DNA of 64,000 nucleotides from Pristiophorus japonicus. Lineage: Eukaryota. A model generated the notes under the pieces. That model had not been told where the DNA came from. It did no database searches and saw nothing but the letters and a program-made list of their open reading frames with translations. Numbering within the stretch: the stretch's first letter is position 1; every line of letters begins with the position of its first letter. The DNA lies in NCBI RefSeq assembly GCF_044704955.1, contig NC_092003.1, positions 8,494,001-8,558,000 on the forward strand. Direction: 5' to 3'. Both the position numbers and the translations under genes were made by a program. This document shows positions 59,901 to 64,000 of the stretch, in pieces.

Positions 59901-60756
59901 GCGAAGGGGAGAGAGGAAGAGGGGAGAGAGAGAGCGAAGGGGAGAGAGGAAGAGGGGAGAGAGAGAGCGAAGGGGAGAGAGGAAGAGGGGAGAGAGAGAG
60001 CGAAGGAGAGAGAGGAAGAGGGGAGAGAGAGAGCAAAGGGGAGCGAGGAAGAGGGGAGAGAGAGAGCGAAGGGGAGAGAGGAAGAGGGGAGAGACAGAGC
60101 GAAGGGGAGAGAGGAAGATGGGAGAGAGAGAGAGCAAAGGGGAGAGAGAGGGAAGGAGGAGGAAATGGGGAGAGGGAGAGAGGAGACAGAGAAAGGCGAG
60201 GGAAGGAGGAGCTGGAGAGGGAGGAAGAGACTGGGATGAGGAGGGGGGGAGGAGTGGGGAAGAGAGCTACCGAACAAAAAAACTCACAACCCGAAAGTGT
60301 CCCGTCCGGAATCTGCCAGCCCAGGACTGTCTCAGACCTAACTTAGCTCCGCGGCAGGGATTGTGCCGGTGTCATTGTCCAGGAGGGCTAAAAGGAAGGC
60401 AGGGTAGCTTAGCGGGTGCCCGCAGCTCCCCCCGGGAGTATCACTTACTCATCGTGCCCCTTGCAGAGGTAGAAGAAGGTCCTCCAGCCCTGCACTGCGC
60501 ACAGGATCAGGGTGAAGACCCCCACAAAGGTGCAGAACTGGCAGGCTGCCGGGGGTCCCCACTCCTCCACCACGAAGCGGCTGATGAGGGAGCCGGTGAC
60601 GTTCTCCTCCCTCCAGAAGGCCCGGCTGAAGAGCAGGCAGCTCCCTTTGAATTCCCGTCCGTTCTCGGCCAGGGGCACCACCACAAAGAGCGAGAAGAGC
60701 AGGGCCAAGAGGTAGGCACAGCACTGGCTGAAGAGCAGCTTGTTCCGGATCTCCAT
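50753..60756 (-). CDS. TMEM179: Transmembrane protein 179-like, complete 4-exon CDS (717 nt, 238 aa)
   Basis: Exons 60449-60756, 54915-55052, 53367-53445, 50753-50944; GT-AG, phases 2/2/0. Motifs LLFSQCCAYLLALLFS..VVVPLAENG, WGPPAAC, FFSAFLNLL, CEEIQ..SAFY..FRIAQFGLW and LAFLKVY..EKELLL align with recalled human TMEM179. Exact orthology is uncertain. Confidence 0.85.
50955..52230 (-). mobile_element. L2 3' fragment with ~12 copies of the 56-57-bp unit (51345-52020)
   Basis: Reverse complement of the unit seen at 39430 and 57467. Confidence 0.85.
52345..54590. mobile_element. Deu-SINE copies with 33-bp arrays flanking TMEM179 exon 3
   Basis: Arrays at ~52790-53085, 53860-54050 and 54315-54580. 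Confidence 0.8.
53367..53445 (-). CDS. TMEM179: TMEM179-like exon 3
   Basis: CEEIQSTNLHLNVDTSAFYIHFRIAQ; donor GTGAGT. Confidence 0.9.
54915..55052 (-). CDS. TMEM179: TMEM179-like exon 2
   Basis: TFFSAFLNLLLSCSVLFLTIVASVMISVGFNIWCDLVTDHGNMPM. Confidence 0.9.
55205..56035. mobile_element. Inverted pair of headless Deu-SINEs around a 33-bp array
   Basis: 55205-55520 (-) and ~55728-56035 (+) are reverse complements. Confidence 0.8.
57445..58345 (+). mobile_element. L2 3' fragment with ~8 copies of the 56-57-bp unit
   Basis: Tandem units 57467-57910; tail GCTATATAAATACAAGTTGTTG. Confidence 0.85.
59220..60265. repeat. Polypurine (GA-rich) tandem repeat, ~29-33-bp unit
   Basis: GAGCGAAGGGGAGAGAGGAAGAGGGGAGAGA-like units. 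Confidence 0.9.
60449..60756 (-). CDS. TMEM179: TMEM179-like exon 1
   Basis: MEIRNKLLFSQCC...WRTFFYLCKGHD; donor GTAAGT. Confidence 0.9.
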
Positions 60757-61378
60757 TTTCCTCCACACTGCCCGAGGGGAGTGATTTAAAATCTCAGCTG
60801 GGCGTTAACTTGCTCCACACCATCTGCCTCACAATTGCTGACTGGGATTTTAACCCTTTGTCTCCCCCCCCCCTCCCTTGGCAGTTTTCTTTCAGTGTTC
60901 CTTTGTGGTTTTGCAAACAAACAACAACTTGCATTTATATAGCGCCTTTAACATAGTGAAACGTCCCAAGGCGCTTCACAGCAGTGTTGTAAGACAAAAC
61001 AAATACATTTGACACCGAGCCACACAAGAAATTAGCGCAGGTGACCAAAAGCTTGGTCAAAGAGGTAGGTTTTAAGGAGCGTCTTAAAGGAGGAAAAAGA
61101 GAGGTGGAGAGGCGGGGAGGTTTACGGAGGAGGTTCCAGAGCTTAGGGCCCAAGCAACAGAAGGCACGGCCACTGATGGTTGATGCAGAAAAAAAAAGAG
61201 AGACAGAGATGAGAGGGAGAGAGAGCAAGAAGAGAGAGAGAGAGAGTCAGAGAGAGAGATGAGAGAGATGTGGGAAAAGAGAGAGATGGGGAAAAAGAGG
61301 GAGAGAGAGAGAGACACACAGGAAAAAAGAGAGAGAGATGAGAGAGAGAGATGTGGGGAAAGAGAGAGAGATGGGCAG

Positions 61379-61589
61379 TGTTATATCTTGGATAAAGAGT
61401 CAGACTAGATACTGCAAGCGCAAAGTAAGTGTGACCGTAGTCTTTTATTGCAGATCTCAGAGTGCCTCTCCAGCCTGTGAGGCCTCCTTAAGTACAGGTG
61501 CTCCCAAGGGATTGTGGGATCCCTTGGGACTCCAGGGGATGAGCCCTCTGGTGGTTAAACAAGGTATTTACAGGTTTATATATATAACA
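61379..61589 (-). mobile_element. Solo LTR-like element related to 29367-29578
   Basis: TGTTATAT...ATATAACA ends; shares GTGCTCCCA..GGGATCCCTTGGGACTCCA core; no TSD evident. Confidence 0.55.
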
Positions 61590-62069
61590 ATTCATGTATA
61601 TTGTAAATAGCTGGGGTCCCAGCACTGAACCTTGCGGTACCCCACTAGTCACTGCCTGCCATTCTGAAAAGGTTTTAAGGAGTGTCTTAAAGGAGGAGAA
61701 AGAGAGGTGGAGAGGCGGAGAGGTTTATGGAAGAAGTTCCAGAGCTTGGGGCCCAGGCAACAGAAGGCACGGCCACCGATGGTTGGTGCAGAAATCAAGC
61801 GCAGGCAGCGGAAGGAGCGTGCGGCAAACCAGACTCCCAGCCCACCCTTTCCTTCCACCACTGGCTGTCCCACCTGTGACAGGGACTGTGATTCTCGTAT
61901 TGGACTGTTCAGTCACCTAAGGACTCATGCTAAAAGTGGAAGCAAGTCTTCCTCGATTCCGAGGGACTGCCTATGATGATGATGATGGCGTTATCATCAC
62001 AGGCGGTCCCTCGAAACGAGGATGACTTGCTACCATGCCAAAAAAGGATGAGTTCACAGGTGCTTCAAT

Positions 62070-63110
62070 GAAACATAGACATAGAAGCATAGAAAATAGG
62101 TGCAGGAGTAGGCCATTCGGCCTTTCGAGCCTGCACCACCATTCAATAAAATCATGGCTGATCATTCACCTCAGTACCCCATTCCTGCTTTCTCTCCATA
62201 CTGCTTGATTCCTTTAACTGTAAGGGCCACATCTAACTCCCTTTTGAACATATCTAACGAACTGGCCTCAACAACTTTCTGTGGTAGAGAATTCCATAGG
62301 TTCACAATTCTCTGAGTGAAGAAGTTTCTCCTCATCTCGGTCCTAAATGGTTTACCCCTTATCCTTAGACTGTGACCCCTGGTTCTGGACTTCCCCAACA
62401 TTGGGAACATTCTTCCTGCGTCTAACTGGTCCAAACCTGTCAGAATTTTATATGTTTCTATGAGATCCCCTCTCATTCTTCTAAATTTCAGTGAATATAA
62501 GCCTAGTAGATCCAGTCTTTCTTCATATGTCAGTCCTGCCATCCCTGGAATCAGTCTGGTGAACCTTCGCTGCACTTCCTCAATAGCAAGAATGTCCTTC
62601 CTCAGATTAGGAGACCAAAACTGTACACAATACTCCAGGTGAGGCCTCACCAAGGCCCTGTACAACTGTAGTAAGACCTCCCTGCTCCTATACTTAATTC
62701 CTCTCGCTATGAAGGCCAACAAGCCATTTGCCTTCTTCACCGCCTGCTGTACCTGCATGTCAACTTTCAATGACTGATGTACCATGACACCCAGGTCTCA
62801 ATGCACCTCCCCTTTTTCTAATCTGTCACCATTCAGATAATATTCTGCCTTCTTGTTTTTGCCACCAAAGTGGATAACCTCACATTTATCTACATTATAC
62901 TGCATCTGCCATGTATTTGCCCACTCACCTAACCTGTCCAAGTCACCCTGCAGCCTCTTCGCATCCTCCTCACAGCTCACACTGCCACCCAGCTTAGTGT
63001 CATCTGCAAACTTGGAGATATTACATTCAATTCCTTCGTCTAAATCATTAATGTATATTGCAACTGAACCTTGCAGTACCCCACTAGTCACTGCCTGCCA
63101 TTCTGAAAAG
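62070..63110 (-). mobile_element. CR1 LINE 3' portion (RT C-terminal half)
   Basis: [24 protein letters not shown], 3' UTR. Confidence 0.9.
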
Positions 63111-64000
63111 GTTTTAAGGAGCGTCTTAAAGGAGGAGAAAGAGGGGTGGGGAGGTGGAGAGGTTTATGGAGGAAGTTCCAGAGCTTAGGGCCCAGGCAAC
63201 AGAAGGCATGGCCACTGATGGTTGATGCAGAAATCAAACGCAGGCAGCGGAAGGAGCGTGCGGCAAACCAGACTCCCAGCCCACCCTTTCCTTCAACCGC
63301 TGGCTGGGAGTCTGGTTTGCCGCACGCTCCTTCCGCTGCCTGCGTTTGATTTCTGCATCAACCATCACTGGCTGTCCCACCTGTGACAGAGACTGTGGTT
63401 CTCGTATTGGACTGTACAGCCACCTAAGAACTCATGCTAAGAGTGGAAGCAAGTCTTCCTCGATTCCGAGGGACTGCCTATGATGATGATGATGGCGTTA
63501 TCATCATAGGCAGTCCCTCGAAGCGAGGATGACTTGCTTCCACGCCAAAAAGGGATGAGTTCACAGGTGTTTCAATGAAGGATCTAATATTCCGGATCCC
63601 GAACTACCTCCTGAAGGGTGGAAGATGCCTGTGGGTGGATTTTTTTAACGGCACAGCAGCCACCACACGGGCTTGACAGAGCGAGGTCTTGGTCCAGTGG
63701 CAAGGGTTAACCAGGACGACTGGAGACCAGCTCTGCTGCACGGGCCTAGTGCGCTCACACATATCGCACAGTGTGGGCTGGGCCCGTGTATAATCAGGGA
63801 TGCTCCAGAGTGCAGAATTTGAGGAGCACAAACTTCTCATGGGGTTGCGAGACTGAAAGAGATTACAGGCACAGGGAGGGGCACAGTCATGGAGGGATTT
63901 GTAAACAAGGATAAAAATGTTAAATGGAGGCATTGTTAAGAGAGTTAAGAAGAGAGTTACATTGCATTAGCAAATCCTTTTCTGCCAGAACTGTGGTTAC

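Noticed and set aside
59098-60789. 300-440-aa R/E/G-rich or L/S/P-rich ORFs
   Set aside because: These come from a GA-rich simple repeat lacking stops; only the minus-strand TMEM179 exon 1 is real.

Overview
This is vertebrate genomic DNA, very probably from a cartilaginous fish (shark), judged from its CR1/L2/RTE LINEs and Deu-domain SINEs. Two spliced host genes lie on the minus strand: a complete 14-exon HNRNPUL2 (CDS 26362->3716, 761 aa; SAP-SPRY-AAA/PNK-RY tail) and a 4-exon TMEM179-type gene (CDS 60756->50753, 238 aa). Most of the remaining sequence is retrotransposon debris and TE-derived minisatellites. The outstanding element is a very young 6223-bp LTR provirus at 31691-37913 (minus strand). 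It has two 670-bp LTRs with one mismatch by eye, a CACTT target-site duplication, a tRNA-Ser primer-binding site, a polypurine tract and a retroviral-style splice donor/acceptor pair. It has no recognisable pol and only gag-like remnants. It carries a ~700-codon env (three lesions) built like a paramyxo/pneumo/baculovirus F class-I fusion protein rather than a typical retroviral SU/TM, which suggests a non-autonomous, lokiretrovirus-like element mobilised in trans. All calls were made by eye from sequence and recalled homologues; no database searches were run.
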